Source of the DNA: Octopus bimaculoides
Taxonomy: Eukaryota
Length of the DNA stretch: 63,815 nucleotides
Assembly (NCBI RefSeq): GCF_001194135.2
Contig: NC_068981.1
Coordinates: forward strand, 11,480,753 to 11,544,567
Direction of reading: 5' to 3'
Positions 38,779 to 51,707 of the stretch are shown here, in pieces. Below the pieces are notes generated by a model. The model was not told the DNA's origin. It worked only from the letters and a program-made list of their open reading frames with translations, and made no database searches. Made by a program: the position numbers and the translations under genes. Within the stretch, counting starts at the first letter, position 1, and each line of letters opens with the position of its first letter.

Positions 38779-39134
38779 ATTCACGTGTAATGCCTTTAAT
38801 CTGTATATGAAACATGCCTAACAATAAGCATTTGTTTATTTTTGTATATAAGTATGGAAATTACCAAACATTGCTCTCCACTCACAATGGTTAACACTCA
38901 GGAACACACACATACGACACAGATACACACACATACATAAGTACATTCACAGATAGAAATATTCTTGTGAGAGAATATGCTTAACAGTGCTTGGCTTTGA
39001 AGATATCGCGAAAGGGTTTATCTGTTAACTTTATCGGGAAGCAATGACAACTATGAAGTAGAAGATATGCAAAGTCATGCTGTTATACAATATATTTCTC
39101 CTTTTGCCAATTTAACGAATTTTAGCAGCTCTTA

Positions 39135-40160
39135 CGGAGGATTCTGGTAGATTTGAAGTACAGGCAGTCATTTGCAAAAGAAAGGAGAAACAGAAAGCCA
39201 TGATGAGATGAAGGAAGCATATCTCTCCTTACTTCACAGTGAAAACCTGGGTGTCAACTTTTCGGACTGTTCATTTCGAGGTCACAGACGAACCTCGGTC
39301 AGGACGACCAGGTTCCGCGATCACAGAAGACAAAGCCAACGCAATATACACGTCATCGTTCTAGAGGACCGGTGAGTTTCAGGTAAAATCGAAGCTGGGA
39401 TTTACCACGAAAGCGTTGGAAACATCATCAAAAACATACTAGTCATAAGAAAATTTTGTCCAAAATGGGTGCCAAAATCCCATATCGGAAGCGCATCTAG
39501 GTGACGACATCAAAGGCGATTTATGGCCTGTTTGCTTTAGTCACCCTGGATGGAACTTAGCTTCATCATTTTCATCCCCAGACCAAGCAGCAATCAATGG
39601 AGTGGTGTCACGGCGGCTGCGTGCCTCCCAAGATATTCCGAACTATGAAGTCAGCTCGAAATTTTGTGAATTCAGATTTCTAGGACAAAGATTACTCATC
39701 ATAAAATACCTTCCAAAGTGTCGTACCATCAACGCAGGATACTACATGCCTCCGTTGAATGAATTGCGTGAAGCTTTGCAGGCGAAACACCGTAGAAAGC
39801 TGAGCAGTGTTTTCCTGTTTTTGTAGGCCATTGCACCGATACACACAGCATATGAAAGGGAACGGAAAATATGCTACTTTGGCCTCGAATTGGTAGATCA
39901 TCAGCCTTACTTTCCTGACGTGGCTCCCTCCGACAATCACATCTTTTCACAACTGAAGAAGCATGTGAAGGGGAAGAAATTTCACTTCGATTCGGAAGTG
40001 ATCACTTCTCCAGAGGCTTGTTTGCAGAACCAACCTTCCTAGTTCCTTTTAGAGGGCTTAGAGTAACTGAAGGACCACTGCAACGAATGTGATGAATGAA
40101 GTCATAATTGACTAATCCTCCTTTATTTTTTCCCAAATCCAGGAATTTTTCAACACCCCG
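39135..40160 (+). mobile_element. Mariner DNA transposon, degenerate, near full length
   Basis: TA-flanked at both ends; 3' TIR ccaggaatttttcaacaccccg. Motifs VTDEPRSGRP, KWVPK, KYLPKCRTINAGYY and HQPYFPDVAPSDNHIFSQLKKHVKGKKF (YSPDLAPSD-like). Multiple frameshifts. Confidence 0.85.
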
Positions 40161-42745
40161 TATATTCTTCTAAATATATATATGTTTCTGCGATTAATGT
40201 CATGTCAAACATCATTGGGATCCTAAATTATGAGATGTATTTCATCAGCGAGTGTCATTAAACAATTTCATGAAACATTCTCTAAATTTCATCATCTAAA
40301 ACGACGTTTGCGTCTCAGGGGACGAAATTGCTGAAGTCTCTATAAAAAGTTCTTTGCTCAACGCAGTTAATTTTTATGCAACATTTTAAAATTATAAGTT
40401 TGAATGTTTTCGTAAAATTTTACCTTGGATCAAATATTTACACAAGATGAATTATTAAACAACTGAGGACTTTAAATTCAGGCATGATTATATTGATTAA
40501 AATATGTTTACTCATTAGGGTTATTACGGAATATATTTTTGTAACATCAACAAACATTTTATCTCCCCAAGAAGCCATATAAATTAATGTTTCACGTTAC
40601 TATAATGAGCTCTTTGTATAAAATATAATACATGAAATACGGCGATGTAGCAAAAGGGACGAATTCATGAAAATATTTTGAGATACTTATAAGTCTTTAC
40701 ATTGAATGAAAGATGAGCGAGATTTAATTTCTTTTCATTTTGCTACGAGTCGTACATTACTTATTACAAAATCTTGAACCTAAATGTAAATGTTTTATTT
40801 TTTTCGATTAATAGACTAAATAAAAAAAAAAACCTACTTCAATTTATCAGCAATATTACCTATAATTCTACCAGTGATAAAAATACTTTAAATAGTTGTC
40901 CTCTCGTATAGTGATTATTATTTGAAACCGTGTTTGTGCAAATGTGCTCCAGAATTATAACAATGTTTCTTATGTGTATATTGGAATATGTACGAATGCA
41001 AGCTTTGCGTCTGCACAGGTGCCAATACATTTTAGTGAACCGTAAAAATATTGGAAAAGTATCCAATTATACCTGCTTTTTAATAGAATTTATCCTCATT
41101 GCATTTAAAACATAGTACCTCATGCTTTAACACGCGCCATTATATAAGCATGGCTAACTTTACTGGAAATTGCATTGTAAATTGCTTTTAAGACATTTTT
41201 TAATTTTCTTTCAAAAGCTTCACAGCTTGAATGACAGGTTCAAACTGGCCAGATCCTGTCGACATGCTTCTATATCTAATAACTATATTCAGCCTAATAC
41301 TATAGCTCCTTGTTATTGAAGGGAGCATTTTGCATTTTCTAGCATTTATATTTTTAGTCTTTTCTGATGCTTTAGGAAACAATTTGTAAACTTACGTTCC
41401 TTGCACAGTTAGGCGTCCTCGCACAGCTGCGTTTTTTCTCTATTTCTTATTATTGGGAGTTTAAGAATGTATATCAACAGTGCATTTATAGAATATGTTT
41501 GTTCTTGTACCTATATAGCATTTCAGTTAATCCTTTCTTCTTCTTCCCTTTTCTTCTATAAATGACAGTCTTCTCACGAATCTTTTGAGACATTTTTGCC
41601 TTGTCAAGTCATATGTTTCATTCGTTTCTCTTCTGTATCGTCAAACGATCTTCAGATATTAAAATACTCTCCTTGATCATTGTTATGCGACTTTTATGAA
41701 GATTCTTATGTTACTTTCTTCCAAAACAGTTTCTAATTTCGAACCGAACAATTCAAACGAACGATTTATGCATCGGCGGATTCATACATATGTGTATATA
41801 AGCATGTATGTATGTATGTATGTATGTATGTATGTATGTATGTATGTATGTATGTATGCATGTGGTATGTGTGAGTGGGTATATTTATGTGTCCTGCTCT
41901 GGTATAATAACAATAGCAATTGACTAATTGGTGTGCATGTATAGACATTTATGTATGTACATTTAAATGTACATATATGTATTCATGTATTCATGTATTT
42001 ATGTATTTATTTATGTATATATATATATGTTAAAGTATGCATGCATATGCATATATATGTGAGTTTTTATGATTTTTTAATGTTTTTTTATGTTTATATT
42101 TGGATATTGTAAATTAACTTCTTGAAATTTATAAATCTCTGAAGAGGCCTAGAGAATCATACATGTACCGCTATTTCATCCATTTCATCTATCAATTACT
42201 CCAGCCTACTGGAGTTATAGAGATAGAATGATGCATGTCCCCTAGACTGAAACAGCTGTAAGACATTGTCCCATTTTCAGTCATTAGATGTCCTTTTTAA
42301 TTACTGATATGAATTAATATGTCACATGTGTTTGTATATTGTTTTCATTGTCCTCTTAGTTGAAAAATAAACAAGTAAATTGACATAATACAATGTCTGG
42401 AAGTTGATGAATACCACATATTCCCCTCCATGTTCTTTTGCTATATATATATATATATATANNNNNNNNNNNNNNNNNNNNNNNNNNNNNNNNNNNNNNN
42501 NNNNNNNNNNNNNNNNNNNNNNNNNNNNNNNNNNNNNNNNNNNNNNNNNNNNNNNNNNNNNNNNNNNNNNNNNNNNNNNNNNNNNNNNNNNNNNNNNNNN
42601 NNNNNNNNNNNNNNNNNNNNNNNNNNNNNNNNNNNNNNNNNNNNNNNNNNNNNNNNNNNNNNNNNNNNNNNNNNNNNNNNNNNNNNNNNNNNNNNNNATA
42701 TATATATATATTTATATATATACATATACATGTATACACAGAGGC

Positions 42746-42776
<31 letters not shown>

Positions 42777-42814
42777 TAGACAGATATCCACACATATATA
42801 AATATGTATATATG

Positions 42815-43070
42815 TAAAGACCCACTTCGGTCATGAATTACCATAGGATTGCACCTAGAAAGTTCCCTTCCGAGGCACATGTTCGGGCAAGGTTGCATAT
42901 GGATGACTAGCAGTCACTCATTCATACCAGACACCCCTCTTCTGCGTCATCTGTGACGTCGCAACTCACTTGTAAAGTGCCTTGCTCAAGAGCACAACAC
43001 AGCCCGGTCCTGAAATCGAACTTATTACCGCATGATTGTAAACCCGATGATCTCACAACTAACCCACTCA
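42815..43070 (-). mobile_element. Composite interspersed repeat: SINE head (42960-43070) plus a GC-richer repeat body
   Basis: Minus-strand head with ttcgatttcaggaccgggctgtgttgtgctcttgagcaaggcactt core. The body (ggtatgaatgagtgactgc...ctaggtgcaatcc.atgg...catgaccgaag) resembles an octopus repeat from recall. Confidence 0.55.
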
Positions 43071-43224
43071 CCTTCATTATATATATATATATACATATAA
43101 CCTTTATAGTTTGTGGGTGAATACGATTGTAGGTATGTGTGAGTATATGTATATGTAGATACTAATACATGCGTAGGTGTATGAGTCGGTATGCATGTAT
43201 GTGTGTATGTGTACACATGCGTGG

Positions 43225-43261
<37 letters not shown>

Positions 43262-45443
43262 NNNNNNNNNNNNNNNNNNNNNNNNNNNNNNNNNNNNNNN
43301 NNNNNNNNNNNNNNNNNNNNNNNNNNNNNNNNNNNNNNNNNNNNNNNNNNNNNNNNNNNNNNNNNNNNNNNNNNNNNNNNNNNNNNNNNNNNNNNNNNNN
43401 NNNNNNNNNNNNNNNNNNNNNNNNNNNNNNNNNNNNNNNNNNNNNNNNNNNNNNNNNNNNNNNNNNNNNNNNNNNNNNNNNNNNNNNNNNNNNNNNNNNN
43501 NNNNNNNNNNNNNNNNNNNNNNNNNNNNNNNNNNNNNNNNNNNNNNNNNNNNNNNNNNNNNNNNNNNNNNNNNNNNNNNNNNNNNNNNNNNNNNNNNNNN
43601 NNNNNNNNNNNNNNNNNNNNNNNNNNNNNNNNNNNNNNNNNNNNNNNNNNNNNNNNNNNNNNNNNNNNNNNNNNNNNNNNNNNNNNNNNNNNNNNNNNNN
43701 NNNNNNNNNNNNNNNNNNNNNNNNNNNNNNNNNNNNNNNNNNNNNNNNNNNNNNNNNNNNNNNNNTATATATATATATATGTGTGGTTCATATACGCGTG
43801 TGTGTATAAGTGCATGGAAGTGTGACTAGTATGATTGTATGTATGTTATCATTTACCTCACCATTTTGATTGTTGGCAATACTACGTTGTTGAACGTTCT
43901 ATCAGCCTATCTTTCCTCTTCTTCCTTTGTCTTCCTGTCTCTTCCTCCTTGAATTCCTCGCATCTTTTACCTCTGGCTATCTATTTTTTCCCATTTAAAG
44001 GAATAAATTCGTTGTGACATTGTCCGATGATTGTTTTATGACCCTTTCACCCCTGATAACTGAGCTAGTTAGATCTGGCTAAAAGCGAATGGGAGTGTCA
44101 ATCTACATTCCACATCTTGTGGTATTTTTTCTCCGAACCAAATTTTTAGTCTTTAATTCACCTGAAGAAAAGAGGAATTTTCATGATGTCATCGAATTAT
44201 GCATCAATAAAAAGCGCGTCTGAAACAGCTGTTGTGAATATTAAACCCATTTCTGCCCTTAATTTATGCAAGCACTATATTTTGAACTTTCTTTCTGTTG
44301 GATTTGGAACTTGCATTGGTTCGTGTAGCAGAATTCTTGAGTGCAAGTGTGTATATTTATGTATATGTAGATTTATACGTATGCGATTTTTTTTGTATAC
44401 ACGCACATGTATATGTAGGTGTATGGATATGTTCATATATGGAAGGGCATGCATAGATGTCTTTCTATATGATGTATATATATATATACTTGTGTAAAAC
44501 ACTTCCAGGCATGATGTTTGTGTATGTGTGTGTATATGTATGTGTGCGCACGCGTGCATTGCTTATCGTTGCATAGGCAAAGCAATATCTCATAATCCGG
44601 AAATCTTGCAGCGACCATTTATAATCTCATACCCCTATAGTGCAGTCTTTACCATTCTGAAAAGCGGTGTCGAATACCCATTAACAACACTAAGCTGAGA
44701 TAACTGGCGTGGACTGAGAGTTGGAATAATTTTTAATGGAAGCCGAAACATTTAATTTATGGTGATGAGGAGAAATGATGTTTTGGATAAATTTGCCAGT
44801 CTCTCATTGATCCATTTATTGATTAAAATAAATTTATTGATTAGATGAAAATTCAAGTTTGATTTCATGAGTTTCGCGAACAAAAGAATTGACAAAATAC
44901 TGTTTTATACGCTTTCAAGGTCGAATTTTGAAATTTCCATACACATAAATTTTGCATATTTTGATTTTAGGTGTGGTATCAATTAATTTGATTGATGGGC
45001 TATGTTTATTCGCAATTCTCTTATGTGCAAGGATTAGTTGAGATAGATTGAAATAATGGAATTAAGTAAATTGAAATAAATAATGGAATTAAAAAATAAT
45101 TCGATCTTTGCAACTAAATCCATGAATTGAGCAGTTGTTTATTTATTTATTGCTTGGATATATATGTGCATTAAGCCGGAAAGATTTGTTTCTAGGAAAA
45201 TATCATGTTTGATAAAATACATTCCGAAAATATTTGATACACCCTTTCCACAAGATCATAGATTAAGTTTAATATTAATTTCCATACGATATTTATCAGT
45301 TATGCATGCTATTCAATTCATTGTGAGACATATTGGTGTATTCTTAGTCTATGATATGCAACCCCAGGAAAGAAACCCAGGAAAATGCATTTATGTTTAT
45401 AAATCCTTTTAACGGTGGAACGCGAATATAAAGCTACAAATAA

Positions 45444-45572
45444 TAGCATGTAGAATATTGATTTTAAAAAGAAACCTTGGATGTCATCTTCAAAGAAGGT
45501 TGGTGTTCCACATGCAGCCACTGAATACTTCTATCCAAGCGTTTCTTTTTGAATCCAATATTCTACATGCTA
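45444..45572. repeat. Imperfect inverted repeat (39/40-bp arms, 50-nt loop)
   Basis: Left arm tagcatgtagaatattgattttaaaaagaaaccttggat versus the reverse complement of the right arm tagcatgtagaatattggattcaaaaagaaacgcttggat. Confidence 0.85.
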
Positions 45573-45849
45573 GTTTAGCTCCATGTACTCTGAAATCCAC
45601 CGTTTAAAATCTCTCGACGTTTTTAAATTAATAAAGCATTTTCCAAATCCTTACGCTAATATTTATATGAACCATAGTTGTAAAATAGCACAACTACCAA
45701 ATATCAGTATGCATCCTAGAACAGAGTGGAACCAGCAACCAGATCCAGTTTGTTTTGTTTCATATCTCACAAAATCTAACACAGGTCCGTCGATGGAATG
45801 GCGTCGCATTCTCTATATATGCATGTAGATGCCCGCGGGCATATGGTAT

Positions 45850-46003
45850 ACTGGTCGAAATTTCCCCAAGGCACCTGATAAATGCTGGAGGGTATATCAG
45901 CAGAAACGTTGTGTTAACAACAAACAAGATGAGGACAAATATCCGTCAAATGTAATTAACGTAAATAATGTACATAATTCCTCATCTATTAAATATAGAA
46001 CTA
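45850..46003 (+). mobile_element. 5'-truncated family H SINE (tail with hammerhead-like motif at 45870-45915)
   Basis: tcgaaatttccccaaggcacctgataaatgctggagggtatatcagcagaaacgttgtgttaacaacaaacaagatgaggacaaatatccgtc...ttaaatatagaact. Confidence 0.8.
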
Positions 46004-47338
46004 TGCATGAAAATATTTTTCAGATAATTATATGAGGCATTATTTTTACTAGACTTAAAATTTAGTGAGAATTCACCACCATCATTCCTTGTTCTGTGTG
46101 TGTATGCATCTTGAATGTAAACATATATGTCCGTTTTCTTTTATGCATGCTAGCGAATATCTGTTTGTGTTTGTGAGTGTGTATTGTTTGTATGCTTATC
46201 AGCATTCTTTTCGCATTTGTGAATCAGGTTTATTAATATTACTTTCCGTTCTTGCTTTAGTTAAGTCGTATGATTCAAAAGGAGAGCTAATATCTGTGTT
46301 ACGTGAAGTATACATTCTTTCTGAAGGTTTTAGTCAATATAAATACGTATGACTTTCTATAGCAATTCAAGACGATTTTTTTCTATGAACATTATTTAGC
46401 ATTTGTTTGATAGTTGCTCACCGACAGAAAAAGACACTGACCAATCAAAAAACAAGATTCTTTCATCAGAATTTACGCAACATCAATTAAGAACTCAGGT
46501 GTGTGTGTAAATATTTATATAAAGTATCTGTGTACGTGTTTGTGTGTATATGTAGATTTTGCAGGTTATTTTAGCGGTATGTTTTACCTAAATTTATTTA
46601 ATGGCTTCTTATTACAATTTTCTAAATGGCTTTGTTCTTTCTGATAGTGTTAAGCCTGATATATTGATATATCAAGGCTGGCACTGAGAGAGTTAGCTAC
46701 CCATTTGAATATCTTAATAATCTCACGTACAAAATTTTATTCATAATCTGCATTAATCTTTAACTAGAAGTTGAAGGTAGTTTTCATAAATTTTAAAAAT
46801 TAATAGCTGCTTTCTGCTTTGCTATAAGATGCTTTCCAATGTTCAAGACCAAAATACATATTTTGTCGTATTTATATTGTATTGCGTAGTTCATGTGCAT
46901 ATCGGTTTCCCGTTCTACCATGACGAAATAAGCTTTCCAAATACTATTCATTATTATATATCACTGATACGGAATTGGATTTCTGTCAATGACGCTGAAT
47001 AGTATTTCGGTGAGTATATGTCCCACATATTCTGGTGCTACGTTCTCGGGAAGATAATAGTTTGTCACATATTTGTATCGCTTTTGTACGGCAGACATTT
47101 TGTTGCTTCCGTAGACATACATAAGCACATGCATAATGTGCATATTTTTCTTGGGGGTATATGTAAATCTATCCCAATATTTTCAGGGACTACTAAAAAT
47201 GTAAGGCTTCTTTGTGAGTGGAAACACTTCCCGGCATTTTGGAAATTATGCTTGAGGCAATGTATGCTTGTATATATGTGTTTGGGTGGTTGTGATTTCT
47301 CCTCGTTGATGCTGCATCGAAGAGGCCAGGGAATAGAA

Positions 47339-47790
47339 GAAAGAAGACATGCACCCAACACCAGAGATGAAGACACCTCCGAAAGGAGGGGCCCCGCCAC
47401 GTCAAAACGGTAGAGGAGTAGGGCCCGAAAGCGGACGTGGTTCTTCCTGATGATGTCTTCAGCTAACTGGATCCTAATCCACCAAGGGAAGGTATGTCGG
47501 AAGAAAGTAATTCAACAACGCGGGTTGATGAACCGTAAGACGTGTGGCCAGAACCTCCTGGAAAATAACCATAGCGAGGGACATTCCACAGTTGGATTAG
47601 AACAGTCATAAACAGTGAAAGAAGACATGCACCCAACACCAGAGCTGAAGACGCCTCCGAAAGGGGGTGGCCCCGCCACGTCAAAACGGTAGAGGAGTAG
47701 GGGCCGAAACCGGACGTGGTTCCTCCTGATGATGTCTTGAGCTGTTGTGGTAGCAGACCACGAAACATGGTTGAAATTCCTCAGTATACT
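47339..47790 (+). mobile_element. Structured direct repeat (126/127 bp, period 278 bp), possibly a Penelope-type pseudo-LTR unit
   Basis: Copies at 47339-47464 and 47617-47743 are roughly 93% identical by eye, GC-rich and contain ctgatga. The downstream extension has gtggtagcagaccac-gaaacatgg. Confidence 0.55.
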
Positions 47791-48249
47791 CGTCTCTATG
47801 GTTCACAGTAGGATGTAATTAATATTTAATGTATTTGTGCATTTGCATCACATATGCATATATTTAATAGGGAAAATATGTAATACTAAGTTTTTTCGAG
47901 TGGAGATTCTTGGGCACAGCTGAGAAATATTCACTACAATCAACTTCACTGGGAAATGTGCAAAATATCATTCTGTCTTTCATAGGAAACATTCAGCCTT
48001 TTTCGGTCATCCACAGCTTCCTATCATCTAACAGAATTATTACATATGCTCATCCATGGCAGTGACTCAAAAACTGCAGTCCTAATTAGTGGCAACAGTT
48101 TAAATTCGCGAGAAAGTTCAATTCTACAACAGCACCAAATTGTTGTACCAGGCAACCGTTGAACAATATGAAACGTTGCTTGTGCTGTATGTCTGCCGTT
48201 ATTTGGATATTCTACCAGTTTACTTTAGAATTTAAGGACAATAAAGTTG

Positions 48250-49090
48250 CAATATTTCAAAAATTTCCGTAACAGTTCTGTAGCGCGCCAACATATGGCA
48301 GCACACGGCTGCGAGCGTAGCAAGAGCTAGCAGTGATCTTCACGAGGCAGTGTGCCGGTGCCGAGTAACATCGCTGTCTTTACTTCGCAAGTTATGAAAT
48401 TTTCTGCTTTTGCAATCACGTGTATATTGTAGACTGCGATTTTGTCATGGATAGGAACAGAGCGCATGACATTTTGCATTATACTTGGAAAATCTACTGC
48501 AGAGATATTGCATATGTTTCAGGAAGCTTACAATGACAAGATAATGGGTTGTACGAAATATTTCAAGTGGCATGCGCAATCAGCGATCTGGAAGACTTTC
48601 CACGAGCCTCACGCCCGGAAATGTGATATTCTGCATCGAGAATTCGTCCCCCAGAGCCAGGCTATCAATCAAGTGTTCTACTGTAATGTTTTGAAACATT
48701 TGAGGGTGGACATTCGCTGAAAGCGACTGGATGTGTGGAGTGCAAAGAATTGGATTCTTCACCGAACTCTCCTCACTTGTGCGTTTCTCGCCAAAAACAA
48801 CATAGCATCGCTTCCACACACGCCGTATTCGCCAGAGTTAAAACCAGCCGAGTTCTATCATTTCTTTCTTCAAGGTGAAAATGGAGCTCAAAGGTCGCCG
48901 TTTTGACACCGTTGTGGAGATTTAGAGCGAATCGCAGAAGGTCATCGACTAGCTTACAAAGAACGACTTCGAGGTCAGATTATAAAAGTGGGAAGAACGC
49001 TGGGACTGGTGTATTACTACGCAAGGAGATGATGTTAAATAAGTTATTATTTTTATTAAACTACTCCGGAATGCTTTTGATCCCACATCG
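48250..49090 (+). mobile_element. Internally deleted mariner element
   Basis: FCIILGKSTAEILHMFQEAY..ILHREFVPQSQAINQVFYCNVLKHLR..HTPYSPELKPAE..KMELKGRRFDTV; 3' TIR ccggaatgcttttgatcccacatcg followed by TA. Confidence 0.85.
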
Positions 49091-49167
49091 TACGGGTGAG
49101 CTTTAAAATATAATCAACATGACAAACTTTCCTGATATCTTTCCTGATATCTTTCGAAGTTCGACAG

Positions 49168-49203
49168 TACATCTCCAGCGTTAGAAGCTGTGCAAAGGCA
49201 ATG

Positions 49204-49268
<65 letters not shown>
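49168..49268 (+). mobile_element. Extremely 5'-truncated RLE family B 3' end with (TAA)n tail
   Basis: acatctccagcgttagaagctgtgcaaaggcaatgataataat is near-identical to 34630-34670. Confidence 0.8.
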
Positions 49269-49269
<1 letters not shown>

Positions 49270-49459
49270 TGAAAACAACATCCATTCATGAATTTATTTA
49301 CTTATTAATTTTTTAAAAAAATACATATTTTACCTGTGAATTTGCGTGTGTAAACAAGGAATGCATACAATGAGTTTCTCTGCCCTAGGTGTGCGGAAAA
49401 CACTCGGCGAGAAATAGAAGAAAATTTGAAGAAAGAAGAAACAAAAAACATAATAATAA

Positions 49460-49650
49460 TAACAACATCGAAAATACCTTAGGAATGAGAACTGCGGTTC
49501 GAAATTTCCCCAAGACACCTAATAAAGGCTGGAGGGTATATTAGCCGAAACGTTGTGTTAAAATCAAACAAGATGAAGTCAAGTATACACCAAATGTAAA
49601 TAATGTTAATAATGTACATAATTCCTCATCTCTTAAATACAGAAGTGTAT
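49460..49650 (+). mobile_element. Family H SINE body and tail (hammerhead-like motif at 49514-49559)
   Basis: aataataacaacatcgaaaataccttaggaatgagaac...ttcgaaatttccccaagacacctaataaaggctggagggtatattagccgaaacgttgtgtt...attcctcatctcttaaatacagaa. Confidence 0.8.
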
Positions 49651-49707
49651 TACTTTATATATATACTCATTTTATATATACCTACTTTATAATATATATG
49701 CTTTAAA

Positions 49708-49920
49708 GGCGGCGAGCTGGCAGAAATGTTAGCACGCCGGGCGAAATGCTTAGCTGTATTTCGTTTGTCTTTACGTTCTGAGTTCAATTTTCGCCGAGGT
49801 CGACTTTGCCTTTCATCCCTTCGGGGTCGATAAATTAAGTATCTGTTGCGTATTGGTGTCGATCTAATCGACTGGCAACCTCCCCAAACATTTCAGTCCT
49901 TGTGCCTAGAATAGAAAAGA
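49708..49920 (+). mobile_element. tRNA-derived SINE, family A
   Basis: ggcggcgagctggcagaaatgttagcacgccgggcgaaatgcttag... with tail ccttgtgcctagaatagaaaaga. Confidence 0.9.
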
Positions 49921-51666
49921 ATATATACTTACTTTATATATACTTACCGTATATATACTTACTTAAAAATATATACTTTTTAAACGTGGAGACTTAGCAT
50001 CATACTTATGAAAAAAAAAAAAAATCAATATGTATTTATGTGTATCTCCTTAGTTTTATTCTACTAGGATAATAGCAACATGGGATTCTTCCTTTCTCTA
50101 GTTCTGGTGAAATATTTGCTAGAGACTATAATGGAGTATCCTGTATGTTGAAAGTCTATGTTTTGCATCCGAAGGTGGCGGTAGTTTTGAAATTGAGGTA
50201 TTCCTTGCATTGTTCGATTAAATGGATTCGCCTGAAACGGCCGTAATATACTAGCACATTGAAATCCTTCTTACTTATGTGAGTTAGGAGCCAACTTCCG
50301 TTTCTGAATATCAAGGGTGTATTCATTCATCTCAAATATGATATGCCTCTCAGAGATTCAGAAGAGCCAATTCTTACACTCTATATTGCTTGTATTTTCT
50401 AGCAGACAGGATAAATTCTCGCACATAACTATAGTGCGTTTTTCCATCTACGTCTTTGTTTAATTCATCTTTTCTGGGATCACAAGAAACAATAGTACTC
50501 GCCCGATAATTCTTGAGGAGATCGAACCTTCTATAAAACTGCTATGATTTAACGAATTGTCTTGTACAGAGGTAATGTTATACTTTCTCCCTTTACTAAT
50601 GCCCAATAAGATATTCATTTTCACACCAGCATTACTCACATCACCACTCTATGCAACATTCTAGTGTATTCTGTTGTACTTAGAGTATTCATGATTAAAG
50701 ACACGGATGACTAAATATCAGGCCATTGCTTTCCGTATACGTTGTATGATTGAAATATTTTTTTCCTTTGACTAACAATTAGAAAGTGTTAATATAACTA
50801 AGTCCCATTCCTATGTTCTATAAAAGTATTTGATGATAATTGAAACTTCTTAAATACAGCTGCACACCATTGGCAATATAATGTCTAACATTATGAGTCT
50901 ATTTACTGAATTAATACCCTCAATAATATCATTCGTATTTTACCTATAATAGTTGATTCAGGTTTTCGTTAGCTAATCATTTATACAATATCAGATACAA
51001 CCATGAAAAAGAGTAATGAGTCAGTTACTGAAACAAATATCTTTTTGTACTCTAGAAGTAAAGTTCCGCGATGTTGCACAGCCTCTTAGGGGCAGTTTCG
51101 TTGATGCTGGATTTATACAACTCCTGTTCCTAACTCCTTTCTCGTCCTCTACTAATTCATCAGTCACAGTGTCATTTGTTTCACAGCAATTTCATTCCAG
51201 AACCTTACTATCCTTTTTTTCTCGAATGTGCTTTTTATTTAGTATGGTTCCAGGAATTTTAGGATTTTAGGAGATAATATTACGAACTATTCGTTTCTTC
51301 AGTTATCTAAACATTGTCTCAGTAGTGTTAAACAGATTATATACATACCAAATTTATATTCCCAATGACACAAGATAAAATTACAAACGACAATACAAAC
51401 TTGATTGCATGGATTTTCAGGTTGCCTCATACAGTCTTGGTTTATATTTTTATAGTAATATGTGCTTGTAATATCTTACTTTACAAATATTTTCAATCAG
51501 ATACGCCATGTATGTGGAATTTAAACTGCTAAAGCGGCAAAATGTGAACTATTAGCAGTTCTCATTGAATGTACGTAGTTAATCATAAAGCCGCCAATGG
51601 TAGTGTTATGTCTCATGCTACTGCTATCTAGCACCTTCGGATGATCTCTACTCAACCGCTACACAA

Positions 51667-51707
51667 CTGCTACTCGACTGCTACTCGACTGCTACTCGAC
51701 TGCTACT
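51667..51707. repeat. 11-bp minisatellite (CTGCTACTCGA) x3.7
   Basis: Direct observation. Confidence 0.85.

Noticed and set aside
42815-42960. Possible HDV-like ribozyme in the GC-richer repeat body (GGUCAU/AUGACC-like hairpin, CGAA)
   Set aside because: I could not build a consistent P1/P2/P3/P1.1 nested double pseudoknot on either strand.
47660-47725. HDV-like reading of the minus strand of the 47-kb repeat (UCCUC resembling L3)
   Set aside because: Only one C separates P1' and P2', so P1.1, P4 and J4/2 are missing. It is kept only as a generic pseudoknot.
51016-51270. 84-aa plus-strand ORF with a strong acceptor at ~51057
   Set aside because: No good donor, Ser/Phe-rich low-complexity second half, and no recognised motif.
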